A DNA stretch of 48,402 bases from Candidatus Omnitrophota bacterium (GTDB taxonomy: Bacteria; Omnitrophota; Gorgyraeia; Aquiviventales; Aquiviventaceae), in contig JACPAY010000007.1 in assembly GCA_016180575.1 (NCBI GenBank), forward strand, positions 77,642 through 126,043, written 5' to 3'. Positions 8,661-20,880 of this stretch are shown here, piece after piece. The first letter of the stretch is position 1. Every line of letters begins with the position of its first letter. Below the pieces are notes generated by a model, which had not been told where the DNA came from, did no database searches, and was given only the letters and a program-made list of their open reading frames with translations. A program made the translations under genes and the position numbers.

Positions 8661-8769
8661 GGCCGCGGGTGACGCGGAGCCGGGGCCCCCGCCGCCTGCC
8701 CGCAGTCCCGCCGATGGCGGGACGAGGACAGCCGGCGGGGTGGCGGCGCGGCAGGACCGTGGTCTCCCG
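8661..8769. repeat. ~100-nt rod-like palindromic element, copy 2 (5' end of phoH)
   Basis: Matches 6583-6674 apart from one substitution and the apical hairpin (gtcccgcc-gat-ggcgggac). Confidence 0.9.
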
Positions 8770-9613
8770 CGGCGATGAGATCAAGGTCAGCGGCGAGGAG
8801 GCGGCCGTGGGCCAGGCGATGCGGCTCTTCGATGACCTCCTGATCGTCATCCGCTCAGGCGCGCCCCTGCGCAAGGACGACGTCGACTACGCCCTGCGCG
8901 CGCTGCGGGATCCCCGCCTGATCCAGCTGCGCCAGGTCTACGAGGAGCGGATCGAGGTGCCCTCCAAGCGGCGGTTCGTCATCCCGCGCACGCCGGGGCA
9001 GAAGGCCTACGTGGACGCGATGCGCTCGCATGACATCGTCTTCGCCATCGGGCCTGCGGGGACAGGCAAGAGCTTCCTTGCGATGGCCATGGCGGTCGAG
9101 AATCTCACAAAGGGCGAGGTCTCGCGGATCATCCTCACGCGGCCCGCGGTGGAAGCGGGTGAGCGGCTCGGCTACCTGCCGGGCGCGCTGGAGGAGAAGG
9201 TCCACCCCTACCTGCGGCCGCTCTACGACGCGCTCTACGAGATGATGGAGATCGACATGGTCCAGCGCTACCTCGACCGCGGCATCATCGAGGTGGCCCC
9301 GCTCGCGTTCATGCGCGGCCGCACGCTCAACGACGCCTTCATCGTCCTGGATGAGGCGCAGAACACGACGAGCGAGCAGATGAAGATGTTCCTCACCCGC
9401 CTCGGGTTCGATTCCAAGGCGGTCATCACCGGGGACATCACCCAGATCGACCTGCCGGCGGAGAAGCCCTCCGGGCTCATCCAGGTGCAGAAGCTGCTCG
9501 CATCGGTCCCGGGCATCAAGTTCGCCCTCTTCAGCGGCCAGGACGTCGTGCGGCACGAGCTGGTCCAGGCGATCATCCGCGCGTACGAGCAGGGCAACCA
9601 TCAGCCGGGCTGA
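8669..9613 (+). CDS. phoH: PhoH-like ATPase (YbeZ), start uncertain
   Basis: [49 protein letters not shown]; GTG8669 has a GGGGAGG RBS 8 nt upstream. Confidence 0.93.
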   Translation: MTRSRGPRRLPAVPPMAGRGQPAGWRRGRTVVSRGDEIKVSGEEAAVGQAMRLFDDLLIVIRSGAPLRKDDVDYALRALRDPRLIQLRQVYEERIEVPSKRRFVIPRTPGQKAYVDAMRSHDIVFAIGPAGTGKSFLAMAMAVENLTKGEVSRIILTRPAVEAGERLGYLPGALEEKVHPYLRPLYDALYEMMEIDMVQRYLDRGIIEVAPLAFMRGRTLNDAFIVLDEAQNTTSEQMKMFLTRLGFDSKAVITGDITQIDLPAEKPSGLIQVQKLLASVPGIKFALFSGQDVVRHELVQAIIRAYEQGNHQPG

Positions 9614-10134
9614 TGGGGATCATGACGGTGCAGATCACCAACGCCCAGCGCGAGGCCCCGGTCAGCACCGCCCGCATGACGCGCCTGGCGCGCCGCGCGG
9701 TCCGGCGGCTGGGCATGCGCGAGCCGGGACGCCTCGCCATCACGTTCATCGGGCAACACCGCCTGCGCGCCCTCAACCGCCGCTTCCTGCGCCGGGACCT
9801 GCCCACGGACGTGCTGAGCTTTCGGTATGACGATGAGCCCATCGTCGGCGACATCCTGATCGCCCCCGCCCAGGCGCGCGCCTACGCCAGGCGCCACGGG
9901 ATTCCGTACGCGGAGGAGCTGGCCCGCTATCTTGTCCACGGCCTGCTCCACTGGCTCGGCCATCTCGACTCGACGCCGCAGCAACGGCGGAACATGCGAC
10001 AGCGGGAAGACGATCTCTTGGCCGCTTGCGGCGTCCTGACCTCTCGAGACAGGAGACAAGGGACGGGGGACAAGCGAACTCGAAAGAACCCCCTGTCTCC
10101 TGTCTCCCGTCTCCTGTCTCAAGAGTGCGACTAA
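9613..10134 (+). CDS. ybeY: rRNA maturation endoribonuclease YbeY
   Basis: LNRRFL, PTDVLSF, GDILI, HGLLHWLGH; repeat-derived C-terminal extension. Confidence 0.95.
   Translation: MGIMTVQITNAQREAPVSTARMTRLARRAVRRLGMREPGRLAITFIGQHRLRALNRRFLRRDLPTDVLSFRYDDEPIVGDILIAPAQARAYARRHGIPYAEELARYLVHGLLHWLGHLDSTPQQRRNMRQREDDLLAACGVLTSRDRRQGTGDKRTRKNPLSPVSRLLSQECD
10041..10125. repeat. Inverted heptamer arrays (RRGRGAC)n / (CYGTCTC)n at the ybeY-recO junction
   Basis: gagac aggagac aagggac gggggac ... ctgtctc ctgtctc ccgtctc ctgtctc aagag. Confidence 0.9.
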
Positions 10135-10868
10135 TGGGGCTCCATACGGCGGAGGCGATTGTGCTGCGGCGCTATCCCTTCCGGGAGACCAGCGTCACGC
10201 TGACGTGCCTGACGGACCGCTTCGGCAAGCTCAAGGGGCTCGTGAAGGGGCTGCGCGCGCAGCCCCCCCGCCATCGCAGCGCGATGGAGCCGATGACGGT
10301 CAACCGCATCGTCTTCTACGACACGCGCGCGAGCCAGCTCCACCTCATCAGCCAGTGCGAGCTGCTCGAGCCGCTCAGCGGGCTCCAGGGCGACCTCGAC
10401 GTGATGCGGCTGGCGGCGCTGTGCGTGGACCTGGTGGACACGGTCGTGCCGCTCGAGGAGCCCCAGCCGGCGCTCTACGCCCTGCTCAAGCAGACGCTGG
10501 CGCATCTGGCCCTCGGCGGGACGGACCGCGCCGCCCTGCGGCTCCATTTCATCATCCGGCTCCTGCGCCTGGCCGGGTTCCACCCCCAGCTCGATGAGTG
10601 CACCGGCTGCGGCCAGCGGGTCCATGCCGGCGCCCGCTGGAGCGCGCGGCAGGGCGGGATCCTGTGCCCGCGCTGCCTGCCGGAGGATCCGCACGCGGAC
10701 CATGCGCCGCCCGAGCTGCTGGAGGCGCTGGACGCGCTCGCGGACGCGGACACGCCGCCGGCGCTTGCGCCGGCGGCGATCCCGGCGCTCACCGAGCGGC
10801 TGGACGATTTCCTGCGCTGGCGCCTCGACCGCCCGCTCAAGACGCTGGCAGGAATGCCAGAACGCTAA
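10134..10868 (+). CDS. recO: DNA repair protein RecO
   Basis: EAIVLRRYPFRETS, GKLKGLVKG, Zn finger CTGC...CPRC; TAATG overlap with ybeY. Confidence 0.95.
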   Translation: MGLHTAEAIVLRRYPFRETSVTLTCLTDRFGKLKGLVKGLRAQPPRHRSAMEPMTVNRIVFYDTRASQLHLISQCELLEPLSGLQGDLDVMRLAALCVDLVDTVVPLEEPQPALYALLKQTLAHLALGGTDRAALRLHFIIRLLRLAGFHPQLDECTGCGQRVHAGARWSARQGGILCPRCLPEDPHADHAPPELLEALDALADADTPPALAPAAIPALTERLDDFLRWRLDRPLKTLAGMPER

Positions 10869-12124
10869 TGGTTCGGGTATGGTTCGTTGGGATCGCCGTG
10901 GTCGCCGTCCTTGCCGTGTTGATCGTGTTCGGCTTGTCGTCTCGTGTGAAGCCGACGGTCAAGCCCTTCGTCTCACCGCGCCAATTACTGCCCTACGTCT
11001 CTCACGCGCAGGCGCGGGAGGCCATTTGCGCCACCATCACCACACCCCCATTTGGGGAGATCTGCCGGTCGGAATTTGATCACGTGGCGAAAGATGACAC
11101 GGAACGCATCGACCGGCTGTTCCTGATGCTCACTGCGGCCAAAGCTGACAAGACCCTTTCGGACTATGAGCGGTGGCTGCTTGCTCAGTTGGTCGTGGCG
11201 ACATTGCCCGTCAGTGAGAGCGGTAACAGCCCCCAAGCGTTCCGTGCTCGTCGGCCTTCACTCTTAGCCGATATCGGCAACGTCTTCGGTACGCCTCTCT
11301 TTGCCCAGGAGATCAAAACGGGCATGAGTCGGGCAGAATATCACGACCACTTGCTGCGCGATTTGAAGGCCGTCAAGGAGCACTGCCCGCCAGCCGGCGA
11401 CGATGCGTGGGTCTTCACGGCCATGTGCTCCGAATACTCATGGGTGAATGGTCTGCGACAACCCCTCTACTCCAAAGCGTACGGCGAGCGGGGCGGTTGG
11501 TGCGTCGACACCGATGAGGGGGAATCGGCTGCGCGCAGACGGTATCATGTCCGGTCTGTGACCAACACAAAAATGAGAAGCGAGAACAATTTTTCAGATG
11601 CCGCCCCTGGCGTGTCCAATCACATCTTGTGCCACTTCTCCTGCGGTTCATTTGCATGCCCCGAGAGGGGAGACACGACGGCCGCCGACCGCGTGAGCCA
11701 GGACTACACCGAGCGCGGGTATCAAGGTCCCGATTTCCTTCAACAGCTTCTCACGGCGGCAAGCACGACGGCGAGAGCTGAGCATGAGACCCCCCGCATC
11801 GAAATGGGTTCCGGCGGTGCGGCTGACCGCCAACTAAGCGATTGTGAAGAAAAATTTGACCGTGCCAGAGATCGATGTTTTACCATTCCCCCGGTGGCCG
11901 GGGAACATACGTTCAACGCCTGCTCGCGACAGGCGAAGGCGGATTACCTGGCGTGTCTGGAACACGAGGACCCTGTCCAGCACGCCACCATCAAGTGCGA
12001 TGACGTCTATCACACCATCAGCGCCAAATGCATCCCGATTCCTAGTGAACGGTATGACACCTGCCTCAGCGATGCCAAAGCGCAACATCAGGCGTGTCTC
12101 CAGGCCTCAACACGAAGGCCATAA
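10868..12124 (+). CDS. Hypothetical membrane-anchored Cys-rich protein, lower GC
   Basis: TAATG coupling to recO; N-terminal TM helix; four CX10C motifs at the C-terminus; atypical codon usage. Confidence 0.75.
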   Translation: MVRVWFVGIAVVAVLAVLIVFGLSSRVKPTVKPFVSPRQLLPYVSHAQAREAICATITTPPFGEICRSEFDHVAKDDTERIDRLFLMLTAAKADKTLSDYERWLLAQLVVATLPVSESGNSPQAFRARRPSLLADIGNVFGTPLFAQEIKTGMSRAEYHDHLLRDLKAVKEHCPPAGDDAWVFTAMCSEYSWVNGLRQPLYSKAYGERGGWCVDTDEGESAARRRYHVRSVTNTKMRSENNFSDAAPGVSNHILCHFSCGSFACPERGDTTAADRVSQDYTERGYQGPDFLQQLLTAASTTARAEHETPRIEMGSGGAADRQLSDCEEKFDRARDRCFTIPPVAGEHTFNACSRQAKADYLACLEHEDPVQHATIKCDDVYHTISAKCIPIPSERYDTCLSDAKAQHQACLQASTRRP

Positions 12125-12125
12125 G

Positions 12126-13010
12126 ATGCCTGGTTCTCGCACGTTCCAACACATCGTCCGCGCGCTCGACGCCTTCTGGGAGCAGGAGGGCTGCGTCATC
12201 GTCCAGCCCTACGACATCGAGATGGGCGCCGGGACGTTCCATCCGGCCACCTTCTTCGGGGCGCTGGGCCCGGCCCCGGTGCGCGCCGCCTACGTGCAGC
12301 CCTCGCGCCGGCCCACCGACGGCCGCTATGGCAAGAACCCGCTGCGGATGCAGCGCTACTACCAGTACCAGGTGCTCCTGAAGCCCTCACCGGAGGATGT
12401 CCAAAGCCGCTACCTCAAAAGCCTCCGGGCCGTGGGCCTGGCGCTCGATGACCACGACCTCCGGTTCGTCCAGGACGACTGGGAATCGCCCACCCTGGGC
12501 GCGTGGGGCCTGGGCTGGGAGGTGTGGCTGGACAGCCTCGAGGTGACCCAGTTCACCTACTTCCAGCAGGTGGGCGGCGTGGACCTGGACCCCATCTCCT
12601 GCGAGATCACCTACGGCCTTGAGCGCATCGCCATGTTCGTGCAGGGGGCCGCCGACGTCTACAAGCTCGCCTACGGACCGCGCACCACCTACGGCGACCT
12701 CCACCTCGCCAACGAGCGGGAAAGCTCCGCGTACAACTTCGAGCACGCGGACGTCGCGCTGCACCAGCAGCTCTTCGCCAGCTGCGAGCAGGACGCGACG
12801 CGGCTGCTGAACGCGAAGCTGCTCCTGCCGGCCTACGAGCAGCTCCTCAAGTGCAGCCACACCTTCAACCTGCTCGATGCGCGCGGGGCGGTCAGCCAGT
12901 CCGACCGCCCGCGGTTCATCCTCCGCATCCGGGGCATCGCCAAACGATGCGCGGAGCTGTATCTTGAGCGGCAAGCGCCCGAGACAAGAGACAGGGGACA
13001 GGGGACATGA
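12126..13010 (+). CDS. glyQ: Glycine--tRNA ligase alpha subunit
   Basis: [47 protein letters not shown]. Confidence 0.99.
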   Translation: MPGSRTFQHIVRALDAFWEQEGCVIVQPYDIEMGAGTFHPATFFGALGPAPVRAAYVQPSRRPTDGRYGKNPLRMQRYYQYQVLLKPSPEDVQSRYLKSLRAVGLALDDHDLRFVQDDWESPTLGAWGLGWEVWLDSLEVTQFTYFQQVGGVDLDPISCEITYGLERIAMFVQGAADVYKLAYGPRTTYGDLHLANERESSAYNFEHADVALHQQLFASCEQDATRLLNAKLLLPAYEQLLKCSHTFNLLDARGAVSQSDRPRFILRIRGIAKRCAELYLERQAPETRDRGQGT

Positions 13011-13055
13011 AACGGCGAACACCTGTCTCCCGTCTCCTGTCTCCTGTCTCAAGAG
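12981..13055. repeat. Inverted heptamer arrays spanning the glyQ stop / glyS start
   Basis: gagacaa gagacag gggacag gggacAT GA ... ctgtctc ccgtctc ctgtctc ctgtctc aagag. Confidence 0.9.
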
Positions 13056-15168
13056 CGACGGATCTGCTCCTCGAGATCGGGACCGAGGAGTTGCCGGCCG
13101 CCTACCTGCCGGGCCTGATCGAGCAGCTGGGCCGCGAGGCCGCAACACTCCTGCAGGCGCACCATCTGCCGTATGAGCGCGCGGAGAGCGCCGGCACCCC
13201 CCGGCGCCTCGTCCTCATCGTGCGCGGGCTCTCCGCGACGCAGCGCAAGCCGGCCGAAGAGGTCCGGGGCCCCTCGAAACAGGCCGCCTACGACAAGGAC
13301 GGCAAGCCGACCGCGGCGCTCCTCGGGTTCCTGCGCGCGCAAGGCGGCAGCCTCGCCCACACGAAGGTCGTCTCCTCCGAGCGGGGCGATTACGTCTATC
13401 TCGTGAAGGAGCCGAGGGCGACGCCCGCCTCGGCGGTCCTGCCGGAGCTCCTGCCGCAGCTCATCGGCCGGCTGCGAGCGCCGAAGACGATGCGCTGGGA
13501 CGCGTCCGGCGTGCGCTTCGCGCGGCCCATCCGGTGGCTGTTGGCGCTCTACGGGACGTCCGCCCTCCGGTGCTCGCTCGGGACGCTCCAAAGCGCCTCG
13601 GCGACGCGGGTCGGCGGGCCGCTGCGCCCCCGGGCCGTCCGGGTCCGGTCGCTCGAGGGGTACCTGCGGACGCTGAAGCAGGCTGGGGTCGCGCTCGACC
13701 AGGCGCAGCGCCGTGCCTGGATCGAGCAGGCGGTCGGGCGGATCGCCGGGCAGGCCCGCGGGGCCGCCGCCCCCGAGATGGTCAGCCACGGACTCCTGGA
13801 TGAGGTCACGCACCTCGTCGAGCGGCCGACACCGCTCGCGGGGCGGTTCGACCGCACCTACCTCTCGCTGCCGCGCGAAGTGCTCCTGGCGAGCATGGCG
13901 AAATACCAGCGGGTGTTCGCGGTCGAGGCCGGGGGAACCCTCCTGCCGCAGTTCATCGCGATCCTGGAAGGCCCGCCCCGCCGCCCGGCGGAGGTCCGCA
14001 AGGTGATGGAGCGCATCCTCAACGCGCGCCTGGCGGACAGCCTGCTCTTCTGGATCGAGGACCACCAGCGCCTCCCGCTCCAGCGGATGGCGGAAGCGCT
14101 CTCCGGCGTCACGTTCCATGAGCGGCTGGGCTCCATGGCCGAGAAGACGGTCCGGCTCCGGGCGCTGGCCGAGCCGCTCGCCGAGGCCTGGCAGCTCACC
14201 GAGGAGGAGCGCGCGCACCTGCGGCGGGCGTGCCAGCTGGCCAAAGCGGACCTCGTCAGCACGATGGTGAAGGAGTTCCCGACGCTCCAGGGGGTCATCG
14301 GGAAGCACTATGCCCGCGATTCCGAGGAGCCCGCGCCGGTGGCGGAGGCGATCGAGGAGCAGTACCTGCCGGCGGGGAACCAGCGCCCCCGGACGCTGCT
14401 CGGCGGCGCCCTGGCGCTCCTCGACAAGTACGACACGCTCAGCAGCTACTTCGGCCTCGGGATCATGCCGACCGGCGACCAGGACCCCTTCGGCCTCCGG
14501 CGGGCGGCGCAGGGGATCGTCGAGATCGCCTGGACCGTCCACCGGCCGCTCCCGCTCGGGGCGCTCTTCCGCACCCGGACCTCGATGGAGCCGTTCCGCA
14601 GCGTCCAGCCCCGGGCGGCCGCGACCGCCGGCAACCAGGTCCAACGGTATTTGCTGGACCGGCTGGACACGTTCGAGTGGCCAACGCCCGCGCCCGCGCC
14701 GGACACCATCGATGCGGTGCTCGCCGGGCCCTGCGATGACCTCGTGGACGTCATGGACCGCATCGTCACCCTCCAGGGGCTGCACAATCATCCGGCCCTG
14801 CGCAAGGCCGCCAAGGTTATCGAGCGCACGCGCAATATCCTGCGGGGCGCTGCGCTGCGGCAGCCCCAGGTCGACCCCGCCCGCCTGGCCGAAGCCCCGG
14901 AGCGGCAGCTCTGGGAGCTCTATCGCGCCCACGAGCCCCGCCTGGCCGGGCTCGCCCAGGACAAGGCGTACGCCGAGGCCACGACGCTGTTCGGCGAGGT
15001 GTTCTTCGAGCCGCTGCACCGGTTCTTCGACCAGGTGATGGTCAATGTCCCGGACGAAGCGCTCCAGCAGAACCGGCTCGCCTTGATGCAGGCGATTCAG
15101 GCGTTGTATACTGACCGCATCGCCGACCTCTCGAAACTCACGTTACTCCACCACGAGGAGCCAGCCGC

Positions 15169-15172
<4 letters not shown>
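13007..15172 (+). CDS. glyS: Glycine--tRNA ligase beta subunit
   Basis: [48 protein letters not shown]; ATGA overlap with glyQ. Confidence 0.98.
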
Positions 15173-17952
<2,780 letters not shown>

Positions 17953-17953
17953 T

Positions 17954-18026
17954 CCTGAGACATGGGACATGAGACAGGTGTGACGTTCACTTGTCCCCTG
18001 TCTCCCGTCCCCTGTCTCCTGTCTCC
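17954..18026. repeat. Inverted heptamer arrays at the ppdK-sigma junction
   Basis: tgagaca tgggaca tgagaca ... tgtcccc tgtctcc cgtcccc tgtctcc tgtctcc. Confidence 0.9.
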
Positions 18027-18029
18027 GGC

Positions 18030-19019
18030 ATGAGCGATCCCATCCGGTCCTACCTCCGGGACATCAAAGAGATCCCCCTGCTGACCGCCAGGCAGGAGAT
18101 CGAGCTCGCCACCAAGATCCGCCGGGGCGACACGAAGGCGAAGCGCCAGATGACGCTCTCCAACCTGCGCCTCGTCATCAACATCGCCAAGCGCTACGCG
18201 CACCTCGGCGTGCCGCTGCTCGACCTGATCGAGGAAGGGAACCTCGGCCTGATGAAGGCGGTCACCAAGTACAACCCGAAGAAGGGATTCCGGTTCTCGA
18301 CCTACGGCGCCTGGTGGATCCGCCAGTACATCACCCGGGCGATCGCCAACCAGGGAAAGACCGTCCGCATCCCGGTCTACATGACGGAGCTGCTCTCGAA
18401 GTTCAAGCGCATCACGGAGGAGCTCTCGCAGAAGCTCGCTCGCCGGCCCACCGCCTCGGAGCTGGCCCGGCGCATGCGCCTGCCGGTGGAGCGCATCGAG
18501 CGCTTGCAGGAGCTGGTCACCTCCTCGCAGGCCACGTCGCTTGAGACGCCGGTCGGGGAAGAGGGCGAGACGGAGATGATCGACCTGCTGCAGGACGAGA
18601 CGACCCCCTCGCCGCAGGAGGACATCGGCCGGTTCCTCCAGCACGAGCGCATCGGGGCGCTCCTCCAGCAGATGGGCGAGCGCGAGCGCCGGGTGCTCGT
18701 CCTCCGCTATGGCCTGGAGGACGGCATCAGCCGCACCCTCGGCGAGACGGCGAAGTTCTTCGACATCACGCGCGAGCGGGTGCGGCAGATCGAGGCGGTC
18801 GCCATGCGCAAGCTCCGCGCGCTCATCGCGGCGGAGGAGACCCCCGGGGCCCCCGCTGCAGCGGGCGTCCCCGCGTCCCCCCCGAAGCGCCCCGCACCCA
18901 GGACCCAGAAGCGGAAGCGCCGGACGCGCGCGGCCCGGCGCCACCGTGCGGCCCGAAGGCATGCCGCCGTAGCCCGCCCCCACACCAAACGGGTGGGTGT
19001 GGGGGCCCGCCGCCGCTGA
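18030..19019 (+). CDS. RNA polymerase sigma factor, RpoD/SigA family without region 1.1 (group 2-like)
   Basis: DPIRSYL, NLRLVINIAKRY, DLIEEGNLGL, FRFSTYGAWWIRQ, TRERVRQIE; basic C-terminal tail. Confidence 0.95.
   Translation: MSDPIRSYLRDIKEIPLLTARQEIELATKIRRGDTKAKRQMTLSNLRLVINIAKRYAHLGVPLLDLIEEGNLGLMKAVTKYNPKKGFRFSTYGAWWIRQYITRAIANQGKTVRIPVYMTELLSKFKRITEELSQKLARRPTASELARRMRLPVERIERLQELVTSSQATSLETPVGEEGETEMIDLLQDETTPSPQEDIGRFLQHERIGALLQQMGERERRVLVLRYGLEDGISRTLGETAKFFDITRERVRQIEAVAMRKLRALIAAEETPGAPAAAGVPASPPKRPAPRTQKRKRRTRAARRHRAARRHAAVARPHTKRVGVGARRR
18972..19011. repeat. Hairpin element with 7-nt direct repeats in the sigma tail
   Basis: gcccccacacc-aaacgggtg-ggtgtgggggc 11-bp stem; gcccgcc at 18972 and 19005. 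Confidence 0.7.
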
Positions 19020-19032
19020 CCCGGCCGAGCGT

Positions 19033-19106
19033 GCGCCTGTAGCTCAAATTGGAAGAGCGGGGGCGTCCTAAGCCCTGCGTTGCAGGTTCGACTCCTGCCA
19101 GGCGCA
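19033..19106 (+). tRNA. tRNA-Arg(CCT)
   Basis: Acceptor gcgcctg/caggcgc; D-arm gctc/gagc with A20; anticodon loop gtCCTaa; T-arm gcagg-ttcgact-cctgc; CCA not encoded. Confidence 0.95.
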
Positions 19107-19180
19107 CTCTTCATTCGTCTGCAGTCCAACAAACCCGCTTAAAATCGCATAGGGGTTGTTACCCCTGCATGAAAAAATGC

Positions 19181-19209
19181 TTGACAAGGGTGGCGTAAGT
19201 TCCTATAGT
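19181..19209 (+). promoter_or_regulatory. Strong sigma70 promoter for the outer-membrane protein gene
   Basis: TTGACA-17 nt-TATAGT, with an A-tract upstream (UP-like). Confidence 0.85.
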
Positions 19210-19343
19210 AAGCGCAACTTCTGAAAGGAGGTGACCTCATCAGGCGCAGCATCTTCCTGAGGGTCCTTCTTGAAGACATCACGAGCACACGAGGTCTGAT
19301 GCACCAGCTTGGGGAGTGGGGACGCACAACAAGGAGGGTGGGC

Positions 19344-20813
19344 ATGATGAAGGCTACGCTTCGCAGCGCAGTCCTTCTCGGCATCGCCGCGCTTGGAATG
19401 GGCGTGGCAAGCCTCCCGGCGTTTGCGGAGGTGCAGAACGTCAAGGTGAGCGGGGACGTGACCGTCCGCGCGTTCCACCGGGAGTGTCTCGACCTGAACT
19501 GCGGGGACGACAACCTCGGCAGCACGGGGGCCTTGGGCGCGGGCAAGCCGCTGGAAAGTGAAGATGATTTCTTCATGCACACGATCGGCGTCAATGTCGC
19601 AGCCGATCTCACCGAGAATGTCTCGGCGTTCATCCGCCTGGCGAACGAGCGGGACTGGGACAGCACCATCGGCGGCAACGCCGCATCCCAGGACGTCGAC
19701 CTCAGCCAGGGCTACATCACGCTCAAGGAGCTGTTCTACTCCCCGCTGACGCTCCGCGTGGGGACCCAGCCCATCGTGTGGGGCCGCGGCTTCGTCCTGG
19801 GCAGCAACCTCCTGCCGACCATCCTGGGACGGCCGAACGACGCCAACGCGTCCATCACGGCGAACGAGTTCACCGACTTCACCTCGTTCGATGCCCTCCG
19901 GGCAACGCTGGATCTCTCCGGCGTGACGGGCAACCTGCCGGTGACGCTCGATGCCGTCTACATTAAGCTGGATGAGAACACCACCACGGCGGCGGACGAC
20001 GTCAACCTCATGGGGGTGAACCTCGGCACCCGGTTCGACGACACCATGAACTCGGAGCTCGAGACGTACTACCTCAACAAGCGCGACAAGGTCGCCACGA
20101 GCGCTTTGGACCCGGACGGGCGCGACGGCTCGGTCAACACGATCGGGCTCCGGGGCAGCGCCAGGCCGGTCGAAGGGTCTTCGGTCTGGGGCGAGCTCGC
20201 CTACCAGTTCGGCAGGCGCGCGACCGACTTCGAAGCCATCCTGCCCAGCGGCGACTCGCAGCAGGCATGGGCGGCGAACTTCGGCGCCGACATGACCTTC
20301 ACCGACGTCGCGATGACGCCGAAGGTCGGGGCCGAATGGAAGTTCTTCTCCGGCAAGGACGTCGATACCGCCGTGATGGGATGGCATCCGATCGCGCCCG
20401 GCTACTTCACGACGGCGCTGCGCGAGTTCCAGACCCGCAGCACCATCGCCGCGACGCGGTTCTACCCCAACACGCAGGCCGGCGTCACCTCGGGGCAGAC
20501 CAACCAGCATGAGCTGGCGGTCTTCGGCAGCTTCAAGCCGATCGAAGACCTGACCGTCAACCAGCGGCTCTCCTGGTTCGTCCTGCCGGTCGGTGCGCGG
20601 TTGGTCGACACCACCTCGGGCCCTCACCGAGAGAGCTTCCTCGGCACCGAGTGGGACACCATGCTGACCTATGACTACACGGATGACGTGCAGTTCGGGC
20701 TCATCTACGGGTTGTTCCTTCCCGGCTCCGTCTACCGCGAGGATGCGGTGGGGGTGGCCGCAGGGGATGACACGGCGCAAGAGCTCATCACCTCGGTCAG
20801 CGTGAAGTTCTAG
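19344..20813 (+). CDS. Outer-membrane beta-barrel protein, alginate-export (AlgE-like) family
   Basis: AAGGAGG RBS; signal peptide ending PAFA; DLSQGYITL, LRVGTQPIVWGRG, GELAYQFG, LGTEWD; C-terminal SVSVKF. Confidence 0.8.
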   Translation: MMKATLRSAVLLGIAALGMGVASLPAFAEVQNVKVSGDVTVRAFHRECLDLNCGDDNLGSTGALGAGKPLESEDDFFMHTIGVNVAADLTENVSAFIRLANERDWDSTIGGNAASQDVDLSQGYITLKELFYSPLTLRVGTQPIVWGRGFVLGSNLLPTILGRPNDANASITANEFTDFTSFDALRATLDLSGVTGNLPVTLDAVYIKLDENTTTAADDVNLMGVNLGTRFDDTMNSELETYYLNKRDKVATSALDPDGRDGSVNTIGLRGSARPVEGSSVWGELAYQFGRRATDFEAILPSGDSQQAWAANFGADMTFTDVAMTPKVGAEWKFFSGKDVDTAVMGWHPIAPGYFTTALREFQTRSTIAATRFYPNTQAGVTSGQTNQHELAVFGSFKPIEDLTVNQRLSWFVLPVGARLVDTTSGPHRESFLGTEWDTMLTYDYTDDVQFGLIYGLFLPGSVYREDAVGVAAGDDTAQELITSVSVKF

Positions 20814-20834
20814 ACCGGTTTCGCGGGGTTCTCC

Positions 20835-20870
20835 AGCCCCCTGCTTCGCAAGAGGCAGGGGGCTTTTTTT
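20835..20870 (+). terminator. Rho-independent terminator
   Basis: agccccctgcttc-gcaa-gaggcagggggct stem-loop followed by a T-run. Confidence 0.93.
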
Positions 20871-20880
20871 AGGCTCAAGG

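Noticed and set aside
6583-8769. Composite transposon bounded by the two rod elements, or a hammerhead/HDV ribozyme
   Set aside because: The enclosed genes are housekeeping (aspS, LysM) with no transposase, and no CUGANGA/GAAA core or nested pseudoknot was seen
19033-19180. Integrative element at tRNA-Arg
   Set aside because: No integrase is present and no duplicated tRNA 3' end was seen in the window
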